From positions 105,116-169,115 of the forward strand of contig JAOZFN010000017.1 of NCBI GenBank assembly GCA_027492205.1: a stretch of 64,000 nt of DNA, read 5' to 3'. A program made the position numbers and the translations under genes. The DNA is from Thermoproteota archaeon (GTDB lineage: Archaea; Korarchaeota; Korarchaeia; Korarchaeales; Korarchaeaceae). Below the pieces are notes generated by a model. It saw only the letters and a program-made list of their open reading frames with translations, was not told the DNA's origin and searched no databases. This document shows, in pieces, positions 40,149 through 49,160 of the stretch. How positions within the stretch are numbered: position 1 is the stretch's first letter; each line of letters starts with the position of its first letter.

Positions 40149-40544
40149 TCAGGTTGCTTGGCCGGCGTGCCCGCGGCCGTGCTCCCCGAACCCGGGCCTG
40201 GACTCCCAGCCCTCGTCCACCACGAGGGTTCCCTCCAGGTAGGCCCTGACCACCTCCCCGACCCTCCCCATCGCGCCGGTGACCACCCGAATCCCCATCT
40301 GGGAGAAGAACCGCCGAGCCCTGACCCCCACCCCGTAGGCGAGCACCACGTCGACCCCGAGGCCCCGGAGGAAGCTCGGAATGTCCCCGGGCCCGTGCTG
40401 CTGGAAGGGCGTCTGTACCACCCTCACTGAACGTATCTCGCGCCCGTCCACGTCCACGATGGTGTAGAACCTGGCTCGACCGAAGTGCGGGCTGACGGTG
40501 GACTCGAGGCCCCCGTCGTCCTCGCTGGGTACGGCGATCCTCAT
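40149..40544 (-). CDS. NifB/NifX-family (FeMo-co binding domain) protein
   Basis: MRIAVPSEDDGGLESTVSPHFGRARFYTIVD, GVDVVLAYGVG.RA; His/Gly-rich tail. Confidence 0.9.
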   Translation of the reverse strand: MRIAVPSEDDGGLESTVSPHFGRARFYTIVDVDGREIRSVRVVQTPFQQHGPGDIPSFLRGLGVDVVLAYGVGVRARRFFSQMGIRVVTGAMGRVGEVVRAYLEGTLVVDEGWESRPGFGEHGRGHAGQAT

Positions 40545-40651
40545 GGGGGGTCCCGAGAGAGGGCTGGCCGGGGGGTCCTTATTTAACGTGAACGGGCCCC
40601 AGCGGCAAGGGTAAAATAGAAAGAATCGCGAGGGGCGGTCTAGGTGATACC

Positions 40652-41877
40652 GTGCGTTACCGGAATACCTGAAGCCCCAGAGGGGGCTGGAGTCTGTTTC
40701 TAGGGTCGTCCTCGCGTACTCGGGCGGGCTGGACACCACGGTGGCCGTCAAGTGGTTCTCCGAGGCTGGAGTGGAGGTCGTCACCCTAACCGTGGACGTG
40801 GGGCAGGGCGCGGACGAGGCCGAGCTCAGGGAGAGGGCGGTGGCGGCTGGGGCATCCAGGCACGTCCACGTGGACGCCAGGAGGGAGTTCGTGGAGAGGT
40901 TCGTCTGGCCGGCCGTGAGGGCCAACGCCCTCTACGAGGGGAAGTATCCCCTGTCCAGCGCCCTCTCGAGGCCGCTCATCGTGGAGAAGCTCGTGGAGGT
41001 GGCTAGGGAGGTCGGGGCCGACGCGGTGGCCCACGGGTGCACGTCCAAGGGGAACGACCAGGTCAGGTTCGACCTCACGGCGGCGGCCCTCGCGCCCGAG
41101 CTGAAGGTCCTGGCGCCGGTCAGGGTCTGGAGCTGGACCAGGGAGGAGGAGGTGCGGTACGCCGAGGAGAGGGGTATCCCGGTTCCGAGGGCCCACCGCA
41201 GGTACTCGATAGACCAGAACCTCTGGGGCAGGAGCGTCGAGGGGTCCGAGCTGGAGGATCCCTGGACCGGGCCGAGCCCTGAGGCCTTCGAGTGGACGGT
41301 GGATCCGGAGAGGGCGCCGGACGAGCCGCTTGAGATCACCCTGGGCTTTGAGGGCGGGGTGCCCACGTCGCTGAACGGGGAGGAGATGGCCCCGGAGGAC
41401 CTGGTGACCAGGCTGAACGAGCTGGCCGGGGCTCACGGGGTGGGGAGGATCGACCACGTGGAGAGCAGAGTCGTGGGGTTCAAGAGCAGGGAGGTCTACG
41501 AGTGCCCGGCCGCGGTCACGATTCTGGAGGCGCACCTCGACCTGGAGAAGCTCGTCCTGACCAAGGAGGAGCTCAGGTTCAAGTCCCTCGCCGACGGGGA
41601 GTGGACGAGGCTGGTATACGAGGGGCTCTGGGCGTCTCCCCTCAGGGAGAGCCTCGAGGAGTTCATAGCGAGCCTGGACGGGCCGGTCTCGGGGGAGGTC
41701 AGGCTCAGGCTGTACAAGGGGTCAGTCGCGGTGGTGGGGAGGAGGGCCGAGCGCCAGTCCTACAGCCTAGAGGTGGCGAGCTACGATGAGGGCTGGTACC
41801 CGACGGACGAGCAGGCCAGGGGGTTCATATCCGCCTGGGGGCTGCCGACCTGGCTGGCGAGGGGGGCGAGGGGCTAG
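40652..41877 (+). CDS. argG: Argininosuccinate synthase (5' end anomalous; see findings)
   Basis: VVLAYSGGLDT (40705-40737), YPLSSALSRP, AHGCTSKGNDQVRF, YSIDQNLWGRSVE, KSREVYECP. The first in-frame canonical start (40741) lies downstream of the essential motif. Confidence 0.95.
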
Positions 41878-43293
41878 TTGTACAGGCCCGCGCTGGGGGA
41901 GAGGCCGGGGTGGATCGCCGAGTACACCTCCTCGCTGAGGACGGTGGACCCGCTAATATTCGAGGAGGTGGTTCTCGTGGCGTCGGCCCACCTGATCCAC
42001 CTGACCGAGCTGGGCCTGATCCCGCGGTCGGCGGCCTCCTCCTGCGCCTCCGCCCTCCTCAAATCGCTGAACGCGAGGGAGGAGATCCTGTCAGGCGAGT
42101 ACGACGACGTTCACGAGTCTCTGGAGGCCTGGATTGTCGGGGAGATTGGGGAGGAGGCGGCAGGCTGGATCGGGTTCGGGAAGAGCAGGAACGACCAGGT
42201 GGCGGCGGCCATCAGGCTTGCCGTGAGGTCTAGGGTGCTCCGGGCGCTGAGGCAGGCGGCGCGGCTTAGGGAGGTCCTCTCGTCGATGGGGGAGAGGTTC
42301 GCCGACTGGCCGATGCCGGCCTTCACCCACCTGAGGCACGCCCAGCCGACTACGCTCGGGCACTACGCACTGGCGGTTGAGGAGTCGGTGTCCCACCACT
42401 GGCGCTCCATGGCCCGTGCCCTGGGGGAGGTCGACGCGTCCCCGATGGGCGCGTGCGCCGCGTCGGGGCCCTCCCTGCCGGTAGACAGGAGGAGGGTGGC
42501 CGACCTGCTGGGCTTCAGAGGGGTGGTCGGGAACACCCTCTACGCCTCCGGGTCCAGGGACTTCCTCCTCACCTCCGCATCTCCGGCCGCGTGGCTCCTG
42601 GTCTCGCTGAGCAGGGTGGCGGAGGACCTGATAGTGTGGTCGACGCCGAACTTCGGGTACCTGAGGGTACCCCCCGAGCACTCCGCCTCCAGCAGCGTCA
42701 TGCCCCAGAAGGTCAACCCGGTCACCCTGGAGGTGGTGAGGGCGAGGGCCGGGGAGGCCATTGGAAGGCTCCTGGCGATGGCGGCCGTGATGAAGGGCCT
42801 CCCCAGCGGCTACAACTTGGACCTACAGGAGCTGACCCTCCACTCCCTCTGGATCATGGACGAGGCGGCGAGGGCGTCGGCCGTCATGGCGGACCTCCTC
42901 GCCCGGGCTGAGTGGGACAGGGAGGCCCTGAGGAGGGACGCGGCGGGACCGGGCGGAGAGGGCCTCGCCCAGGACCTGGCGGAGCAGGCGGCGCTGAGGG
43001 GGGTCCCGTTCAGGGAGGCCCACCGGTCCGTGGCCCTGGGGCTGTCCGCCGGGAGGGGGGTCGGGGAGGTGGCGGCTGACCTGGGGCTCCCGCCGCCAGA
43101 CCTTGAGGGGGCTCTGCGGGCCAGGACGGTGGAGGGAGGCCCCAACCCCAGGGAGGTCTTGAGGGCGGCCAGGGCGGCGGAGGAGAGGTTGAAGAAAGAC
43201 GAAAGGTGGCTCAGGGCCGAGGAGGAGAGGGTCAGGTCCGCCAGGGAGAGGGTCCTCTCCCTGCTGAGGGGGCTGGCCTCGGGACGGGGGTGA
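41878..43293 (+). CDS. argH: Argininosuccinate lyase
   Basis: DDVHE, GKSRNDQVA, MPAFTHLRHAQP, SSSVMPQKVNP, GYNLDLQE. Confidence 0.95.
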   Translation: MYRPALGERPGWIAEYTSSLRTVDPLIFEEVVLVASAHLIHLTELGLIPRSAASSCASALLKSLNAREEILSGEYDDVHESLEAWIVGEIGEEAAGWIGFGKSRNDQVAAAIRLAVRSRVLRALRQAARLREVLSSMGERFADWPMPAFTHLRHAQPTTLGHYALAVEESVSHHWRSMARALGEVDASPMGACAASGPSLPVDRRRVADLLGFRGVVGNTLYASGSRDFLLTSASPAAWLLVSLSRVAEDLIVWSTPNFGYLRVPPEHSASSSVMPQKVNPVTLEVVRARAGEAIGRLLAMAAVMKGLPSGYNLDLQELTLHSLWIMDEAARASAVMADLLARAEWDREALRRDAAGPGGEGLAQDLAEQAALRGVPFREAHRSVALGLSAGRGVGEVAADLGLPPPDLEGALRARTVEGGPNPREVLRAARAAEERLKKDERWLRAEEERVRSARERVLSLLRGLASGRG

Positions 43294-43302
43294 GGCGGGG
43301 CC

Positions 43303-44451
43303 TCAGGTGGCCTCGGGGTACTCCCTTATCAGGCGGACTGTCTCGAGCAGCCCGCTGTAGGGACACTGGACCACCCTGCGGTAGTAGGGGCAGGCGGCGC
43401 AGGAGGGCGAGTTGCCCCAGCAGTCCACCTCGTTTGATGCGGCGAAGTCGCACGAGTCCTCGAACTGGCAGTCGTTGCAGGAAGGGTACTGGGCGAGCCT
43501 GACGAGGGCCCTGAACCTTACGTACTCCGGAGACTCCCATATCTCCCTCAGGGTCCGCTCCCGCAGGTTCCCGAAGGATATCCTCCTGATCAGCTTCTCC
43601 CGGCCGTCGATCCAGGCGTAGTAGTCGTGAAGGGCGAAGAGGCAGGGGACAACGTCTCCGTCCCAGGAGACGACCAGCATCCTGTTGTTGATGAAGGGAC
43701 AGCTCCGCTCGGTCTTGTAGGCGAACTCCGGCTCGACCAGCCTGAGGTTGGTGAGGATCGCCCTCATCCTCGCCCTGTGCATGACCTCTGGGAGGTCCTC
43801 CGGCGCCTCCCCGAAGTAGATGGCCTCTCCGGCCATCTCCTCCGTCGTGGGTATGAGGTTGGAGAGCAGGAGCCCGTTGGCGCCCAGCCTGGAGGCGCGC
43901 TCCACGTGGGAGGGGAGGTCCCGGAAGTTGGACCTCATCACTATGGTGGAGACCCATATGGCCGGCTTCCCCCCGCGGCCGGCCACCCTCCTCAGGGCGT
44001 CGAGCCTGACCATCCCCTCCTCCACGGCCTGGAGCCTGGATCCCCTCCTGAGGACCTCGTAGAGGTCCCGCTGAAAGCTGTCCACGCTCAGGACCACCCA
44101 GTCGACCCCGGCTTCCACGATCTTCTCGGCGTACCTCCCCAGCAGGAGGCCGTTGCTCACTATGCCTATTCTGAACCTGCCCTCCAAGAGGTCCAGGGCC
44201 TCCTCGAAGTTTGGGTGGAAGAGTGGCTCGCCCCACCCGCTGAGCCAGACGGTCTCGACCCCCAGCTCCTCCAGCTCGTCAACCAGCCTTCGGAATAGGC
44301 CCATGTCCATGTCTTCGAAGGGGCCCGGCCAGCTCTGCCTGTAGCAGAATGCGCAGTTCAGGTTGCACCTGGCCGTCAGCTCGACGTGGACCTCCCTCGG
44401 GAACTCCTCATCGGGGATGTAGGTTCCTCCCAGCAGCCTGATCGGGCGCAA
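43303..44451 (-). CDS. Tungsten-cofactor oxidoreductase radical SAM maturase (rSAM/SPASM)
   Basis: CNLNCAFC; GWGEP; CPF...DGDVVPC...HDY...GREK...SFGN...YPSCNDC...DCWGNSPSCAAC...CP; AOR gene in the same window. Confidence 0.85.
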   Translation of the reverse strand: MRPIRLLGGTYIPDEEFPREVHVELTARCNLNCAFCYRQSWPGPFEDMDMGLFRRLVDELEELGVETVWLSGWGEPLFHPNFEEALDLLEGRFRIGIVSNGLLLGRYAEKIVEAGVDWVVLSVDSFQRDLYEVLRRGSRLQAVEEGMVRLDALRRVAGRGGKPAIWVSTIVMRSNFRDLPSHVERASRLGANGLLLSNLIPTTEEMAGEAIYFGEAPEDLPEVMHRARMRAILTNLRLVEPEFAYKTERSCPFINNRMLVVSWDGDVVPCLFALHDYYAWIDGREKLIRRISFGNLRERTLREIWESPEYVRFRALVRLAQYPSCNDCQFEDSCDFAASNEVDCWGNSPSCAACPYYRRVVQCPYSGLLETVRLIREYPEAT

Positions 44452-44617
44452 CGCTCCTCGGGTCCCGGCCTTTACAACGTCGTGATAAAGTTGGCGCCGG
44501 AGAGGGGCCGGGGGGCGGTCGGGACGCGGCGGGGTTCTTCGCCCTTGAGACTGTGGAACAACCCCCGCTCAAGGCCCTCAACCGGATCGGCGGTCCGGAC
44601 TGGGGTCCCGCCGAGGA

Positions 44618-45007
44618 TCACTCGCCAGGCTCGACCCGCCGAGGCCCGCTCCTCACCGCCTCCAAGGTGGCAAGCACGGCCTCAGCCTCTCCGACTATCT
44701 CTCGGGCCTCTTCGAGGGAGAAGACTCTAGGGGTGTGGTCCGCGGCCTTTCTGAGGCTAAACAGGCGCAGAAATGAATTTCTTATCTCCCCCGCCCTCTC
44801 CTCCCCTAAGGTTGGCTCGAGCAACCTCTCCAGCGCGTTCGCAACCTTGTCATCCTTCCTCGTCCTCAGTCCACGGAGGAGGGACTCTGCCGCCATCCTA
44901 ACGGCAAAATAGGAGGCGGACACCGCCTTGTTCGGGCAGCCAGCCTCTAGGTCTCGTCGGGCCTCCTCAATCATCAGCCTGGACTTCTCCCAGAGGTCGG
45001 CGTCCAC
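44618..45007 (-). CDS. HEPN domain protein (toxin of a HEPN/MNT pair)
   Basis: EEARRDLEAG...AVSASYFAV...LFSLRKAADH (RxxADH, similar to Rx4H/RxxADY)...EEAREIV. Confidence 0.8.
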   Translation of the reverse strand: MDADLWEKSRLMIEEARRDLEAGCPNKAVSASYFAVRMAAESLLRGLRTRKDDKVANALERLLEPTLGEERAGEIRNSFLRLFSLRKAADHTPRVFSLEEAREIVGEAEAVLATLEAVRSGPRRVEPGE

Positions 45008-45015
45008 CCCTCACC

Positions 45016-45627
45016 TCACCCGGCCCCTCCGTCCGCCCTGGCCCGGCCCCGCGCCCCCCTAAAGCGCCTCAGCTCCCTCCCGCCGGCCAGCAGGAACGCC
45101 TCCAGGGTGGCCCTGTCGTCAGCGGAGGTCACGAGGGGGCTCACCCCCTCCGGGGTCACGCCGACCACGCGCGAGTGATCCTCCAGGGTAACCGGGCCGC
45201 TCAGGACCACGAGGACGTTCGAGTCGTAGAGCCTGTCCTCCGGGTCGGGCAGGGCCACGACCGCCTCCAGCCTGGGGCCGAAGGCCCGCTCGAGGGCTGA
45301 GGCGAAGGACGCGAGCTCGGCGCCCCACCCCCTCACCTCCCTGCGGTAAAGGAGGAACGCCTCCAGGGTGGCCCTGTCGTCAGCGGAGGTCACGAGGGGG
45401 CTCACCCCCTCCGGGGTCACGCCGACCACGCGCGAGTGATCCTCCAGGGTAACCGGGCCGCTCAGGACCACGAGGACGTTCGAGTCGTAGAGCCTGTCCT
45501 CCGGGTCGGGCAGGGCCACGACCGCCTCCAGCCTGGGGCCGAAGGCCCGCTCGAGGGCTGAGGCGAAGGACGCGACCTTCTCCCTCCAAGGCCTGGGGGC
45601 CTTGTAGTTCACGGCCAGCGCGAGCAT
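45016..45627 (-). CDS. Minimal nucleotidyltransferase-like protein made of two identical domains
   Basis: FASALERAFGPRLEAVVALPDPEDRLYDSNVLVVL...VSPLV occurs twice; directly upstream of HEPN. Confidence 0.68.
   Translation of the reverse strand: MLALAVNYKAPRPWREKVASFASALERAFGPRLEAVVALPDPEDRLYDSNVLVVLSGPVTLEDHSRVVGVTPEGVSPLVTSADDRATLEAFLLYRREVRGWGAELASFASALERAFGPRLEAVVALPDPEDRLYDSNVLVVLSGPVTLEDHSRVVGVTPEGVSPLVTSADDRATLEAFLLAGGRELRRFRGARGRARADGGAG
45092..45575. repeat. 223-bp apparently perfect direct repeat (period 261 nt = 87 codons)
   Basis: Copies at 45092-45314 and 45353-45575; identical translation and no mismatch seen by eye. Confidence 0.92.
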
Positions 45628-45781
45628 CTCGACACCGCCAGTGAGGGGTCAAAATAAAGGGGGGCTCCGGCCTCCCCAAGCCCCACTCAGAACAGGGGGA
45701 ATAAACCCGGACCTGTCTGGCGGCGATCTTCTTCGGCGCGCCGTTTTGATTTGGTCCCTGCGAGCGGGCGATCGACCCGAC

Positions 45782-46582
45782 CTAGTCCTCTCCCCCCAAG
45801 ATCAGCTCGACGCCCCTCTCCCTGGCCATCCTCCTCAGCCTCCTGGCGACATCCTTTGGGGCCTTGAGCACTATCAGAAACTTCCTGGGCCTCCTCCCAA
45901 ACCTCTTGGAGGCAACCTCCGCCTTCCTCTCCAGCTTCTTCAGCTCCTCCTCCGACTTCGCGTGGGCGGTGACCTCCCCGACTATCAGAGGGTCCTCGAA
46001 GAAGAGGTTGATCTCTTCCCCGTCCACGACCTCGGACCTGAGCTCAGCGTCCCTAGGTATGTACCCGCTGGACCTCAGCCACTCGGACAGGAACACTCGG
46101 ACGAACTCCTCGAAGGAGATCCCGGCAAACTTACCCAGCTCAGCGAATCCCTTCACCATGGCGGACGTGAGGCTCGCAATCGAGGAGTCCAGCCTCCTCT
46201 CGAGGGCGCGGTGCTGCCTCTGCAGGCCCTCCACCACTTCCATCATGCGGTTGAAGTCCTCTCTCAGCCTCGACAGCTCAGCCTCGTGCCTCTCGAAGCC
46301 CTTCGCCATGTCCTCCCTGAGCCTGGCCATCTCCTGCCTGAACTCCGACATCTGTCGTGTGAGGTCCCTTATCCCCTCCCACATCTTGGTCTGCTCCCGC
46401 CTGATCTCCAGGACTCCGGTGTTGAAGTCCTGCCTTAGCCTGGCCATCTCCTGCCTGAACTCCGACATCTGAGCGTTGAAGTCCTCCCTGAGTTCAGACT
46501 GGCGCTGAGCCAGAGCGTCGAGCCTCTCCACCAGGCTCCTCAGCTCCCTCGAGAGCTCCTCCGTCAGGGACATCCGCTCCAC
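45782..46582 (-). CDS. Coiled-coil repeat protein with a C-terminal PD-(D/E)XK-like domain (DUF3782/paREP-like)
   Basis: Heptad repeats LREDFN/QMSEFRQEMARLR; ISFEEFVR; EINLF...IVGEVT...KLERK...ARERGVELI. Confidence 0.7.
   Translation of the reverse strand: MERMSLTEELSRELRSLVERLDALAQRQSELREDFNAQMSEFRQEMARLRQDFNTGVLEIRREQTKMWEGIRDLTRQMSEFRQEMARLREDMAKGFERHEAELSRLREDFNRMMEVVEGLQRQHRALERRLDSSIASLTSAMVKGFAELGKFAGISFEEFVRVFLSEWLRSSGYIPRDAELRSEVVDGEEINLFFEDPLIVGEVTAHAKSEEELKKLERKAEVASKRFGRRPRKFLIVLKAPKDVARRLRRMARERGVELILGGED
46320..46471. repeat. 35-bp exact direct repeat within the coiled-coil gene
   Basis: AGCCTGGCCATCTCCTGCCTGAACTCCGACATCTG at 46320-46354 and 46437-46471. Confidence 0.85.
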
Positions 46583-46932
46583 GCCTGATGGAGAGTCTTA
46601 GGGTTAAAAAGTTGGGTCCCCCCGCCGAGCGGCGCCTCGTGGATTCTCTATCGTCTCGATCCCAAATAGACCCACCCACTGGGGGCCCGACCGCCCGCGT
46701 GGGCCGATCTCCCGCCGAGAGTTGGTACGCGATCTGACTTATTCGTGTCGATTGACGGTTCCGGCCTGATCAGGGCGCGCTCGAAGAGAGGCACAAGATC
46801 CGCGCCATCCTGAGTTGGTTAGGTCAGGGCGTTCAGTGAGTTCCCTCAGGTCGAGAAGTCTCCTCGAGATGCCTCCAGCCTCCAGCCATCGGTCAAGCTC
46901 TTCTCGAGAGGGTTGCGCGCGACCCCCCACCC

Positions 46933-48105
46933 TCACTCCGAATCGCGGGCAAGTTGCCGAGGAAATGGACTGGGCCTGCCGATAGCATTAGCATCTCTGG
47001 GGGTCTGAGGGCTGGGGTCTCGAACGTGCGAGAGGGCGTCCAGAGCCCTATAAAACGCAGCGTAGGCGTCCCCTGGATCGATTAACTCCGCAAACGCGTG
47101 TCTCAACTCCCCCAGCAGAGCGTCGACCTCAGCGCCGCTGGACCCGGTCAGCCCCTCACAGACCTTGAGGTAGAGCTGAATAGCCTCTCGAACGAGCGGG
47201 TTGGAGAGGAGCTCCGAGACGAAGCTCGAGTCTTCCCCGGCGAGCGCGCACGAGTATGTTGACAGGTACCTGAAGGAGGTGCCAGCAATCTCGGCGATCC
47301 TCTCAGCGTCGCCCCACCGCGCCGCGGTCAGGCCGAAGGAGATCCCCACGAAGTACGCGAGGCCTATCGTCAGGGCCACCATCCTGTCGTGCGTCTCTGG
47401 GTCCACCCTCACCGGAACGGCCCCGGCCTCCCTGAACAGCTCCTCCGCCGGCGCGGCCCCCTCCTCCCTGCCCGGCACCGGCACCACGGCAACTCTCTTC
47501 CCCTCAAGCCCCTCGGCTCCCGGGCCGAACAGCGGGTGGACGCTGCAGACCATCACGTCCCTCGGGAACCTGGAGAGCGCCTCCACGACCCTCAGCTTCA
47601 GCGTGCTGAGGTCGAAGACCAGCCTTCCCTCCGGCACGTCCTCGGCTATCTCCTCCAGGACCTTGGGCGTCTTGCCCAGGGGAGTGGCCACGATCACCAC
47701 GTCGCTCCACTCCAGCAGCTCCGCCAGCGAGTCCACCCTGAAGCAGCCTGGCGGCGGGGGGCCTGCCCTCACGTCGTAGACCGCCACCTTCCTTATGCTG
47801 GAGAGCCTCTCGGCCATCCAGCGGCCCATCCTCCCCAGGCCCCCGACGACTCCAATCCTCCCCCTCTGGGAGAGCACTGAGTCCCTCAGTATGGCCTCGA
47901 ACACCCTCCCGTGCTCCCCGGCCCTCTCGATCACGTACCTCTCCCTCTCGGGGTCTCTCACGCTCAGCCCCAGCCTCCTCTTGATCCTCCCGATCTCCCT
48001 GACCATCCTGGTCCTCTCGTCCAGGAGCCTGAGGATCTCTCGGTCGATCCCGTCTATCCTCCCCCTGAGCTCAGAGATCTCCCCCACTCCACCCAACTCA
48101 ACCAC
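46933..48105 (-). CDS. tyrA: Chorismate mutase/prephenate dehydrogenase fusion
   Basis: LRGRIDGIDREILRLLDER...RDPERE (AroQ); GVVGGLGRMG, DLSTLK, HPLFGP, HDRMVA. Confidence 0.9.
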   Translation of the reverse strand: MVELGGVGEISELRGRIDGIDREILRLLDERTRMVREIGRIKRRLGLSVRDPERERYVIERAGEHGRVFEAILRDSVLSQRGRIGVVGGLGRMGRWMAERLSSIRKVAVYDVRAGPPPPGCFRVDSLAELLEWSDVVIVATPLGKTPKVLEEIAEDVPEGRLVFDLSTLKLRVVEALSRFPRDVMVCSVHPLFGPGAEGLEGKRVAVVPVPGREEGAAPAEELFREAGAVPVRVDPETHDRMVALTIGLAYFVGISFGLTAARWGDAERIAEIAGTSFRYLSTYSCALAGEDSSFVSELLSNPLVREAIQLYLKVCEGLTGSSGAEVDALLGELRHAFAELIDPGDAYAAFYRALDALSHVRDPSPQTPRDANAIGRPSPFPRQLARDSE

Positions 48106-49160
48106 CTCAGCGCGTGGTCCGCCAGGGCGACCGCCAGCGCGGCCTCCACGGCGGGGACGGCCCTCACGGCCACGCAGGGGTCGTGCCTCCCGGCCACCCT
48201 GAGCTCCACCTCCCTCATCTCCTCGAGGTCGACGCTCCTCTGGGGCGTCGGAATGGAGGGGGTCGGCTTGAAGGCGACCCTCAGCCTCAGGGGCATGCCG
48301 TTGCTTATCCCCCCCTCAACCCCGCCGGCGTTGTTGCTGAGCCTGGTCAGCGTCCCGTCGGGTGAGACGGCGAACTGGTCGTTCGCCTCGCTGCCCCTCA
48401 TTGGCGCCAGCCTGAAGCCGGCCCCGAACTCCACCCCCTTCGCGGCGGGTATCGCCAAGATCAGCCTGGCGACCTCTCCCTCCAGCCCCTCCAGAAGGGG
48501 CTCCCCGAGCCCGACCGGCACTCCGGTGGCGACCGCCTCGACGATCCCTCCAACGCTGTCCCCCTCGGATCTGGCCCTCAGGATCTCCTCCTCCATCAGT
48601 CGAGCTGCGCCGGGGTCCGCGCACCACAGCCCGCTCGAGGCCGCCCTCACGATCTCGTCGGGCTCCACCTCCCTGTCGAGGCGGACCCCCCCGACCTGAA
48701 CCAGGTGCGCCGCGACGGAGACTCCCAGCACCCTTAGCACCATCTTCGCCAGCGAGCCCGCCATCACCAGGCCCGCGGTCATCCTCCCGGAGAGGTGCCC
48801 TCCCCCCCTGGGGTCTCCGAATCCCATGTACTTGACCCTGGCCGTGTAGTCTGCGTGACCGGGCCTCGGCACCCTGTCAACTGAATCGTAGGGAGTCGAG
48901 TCCACGTCCACGTTCCACACCACCATGACGACGGGCCCGCCTGTCGTCCTGCCCCTGTAGACGCCTGAGAGGACCTCGAACTCGTCCGGCTCAGACCTTT
49001 GGCTCACCAGGGGGGCAGATCCAGGCCGCCTCCTATCCAGATCCGCTCTGACGAGTCCCTCGTCGAACGGGACCCCCGGAGGGCACCCCTCGACCAGCGC
49101 CCCGACGCATCTGCCGTGGCTCTCCCCGAAGAGCGACAGCCGGAAGGCCCTGCCTATCAC
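48054..49160 (-). CDS. aroC: Chorismate synthase
   Basis: FGESHG, PRPGHAD, RGGGHLSGR, KGVEFG, GGISNG, FKPTPSI, GRHDPC. Confidence 0.97.
   Translation of the reverse strand: MIGRAFRLSLFGESHGRCVGALVEGCPPGVPFDEGLVRADLDRRRPGSAPLVSQRSEPDEFEVLSGVYRGRTTGGPVVMVVWNVDVDSTPYDSVDRVPRPGHADYTARVKYMGFGDPRGGGHLSGRMTAGLVMAGSLAKMVLRVLGVSVAAHLVQVGGVRLDREVEPDEIVRAASSGLWCADPGAARLMEEEILRARSEGDSVGGIVEAVATGVPVGLGEPLLEGLEGEVARLILAIPAAKGVEFGAGFRLAPMRGSEANDQFAVSPDGTLTRLSNNAGGVEGGISNGMPLRLRVAFKPTPSIPTPQRSVDLEEMREVELRVAGRHDPCVAVRAVPAVEAALAVALADHALRWLSWVEWGRSLSSGGG

Noticed and set aside
40149-40925. 258-aa version of the NifX-like ORF; nitrogen fixation
   Set aside because: The extension is antisense to argG; stand-alone NifB/NifX-family proteins are common in non-diazotrophic archaea and no nifHDK is present
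46739-46936. 65-aa ORF overlapping the tyrA stop as an aminotransferase remnant
   Set aside because: The position is suggestive but the sequence similarity is too weak to support
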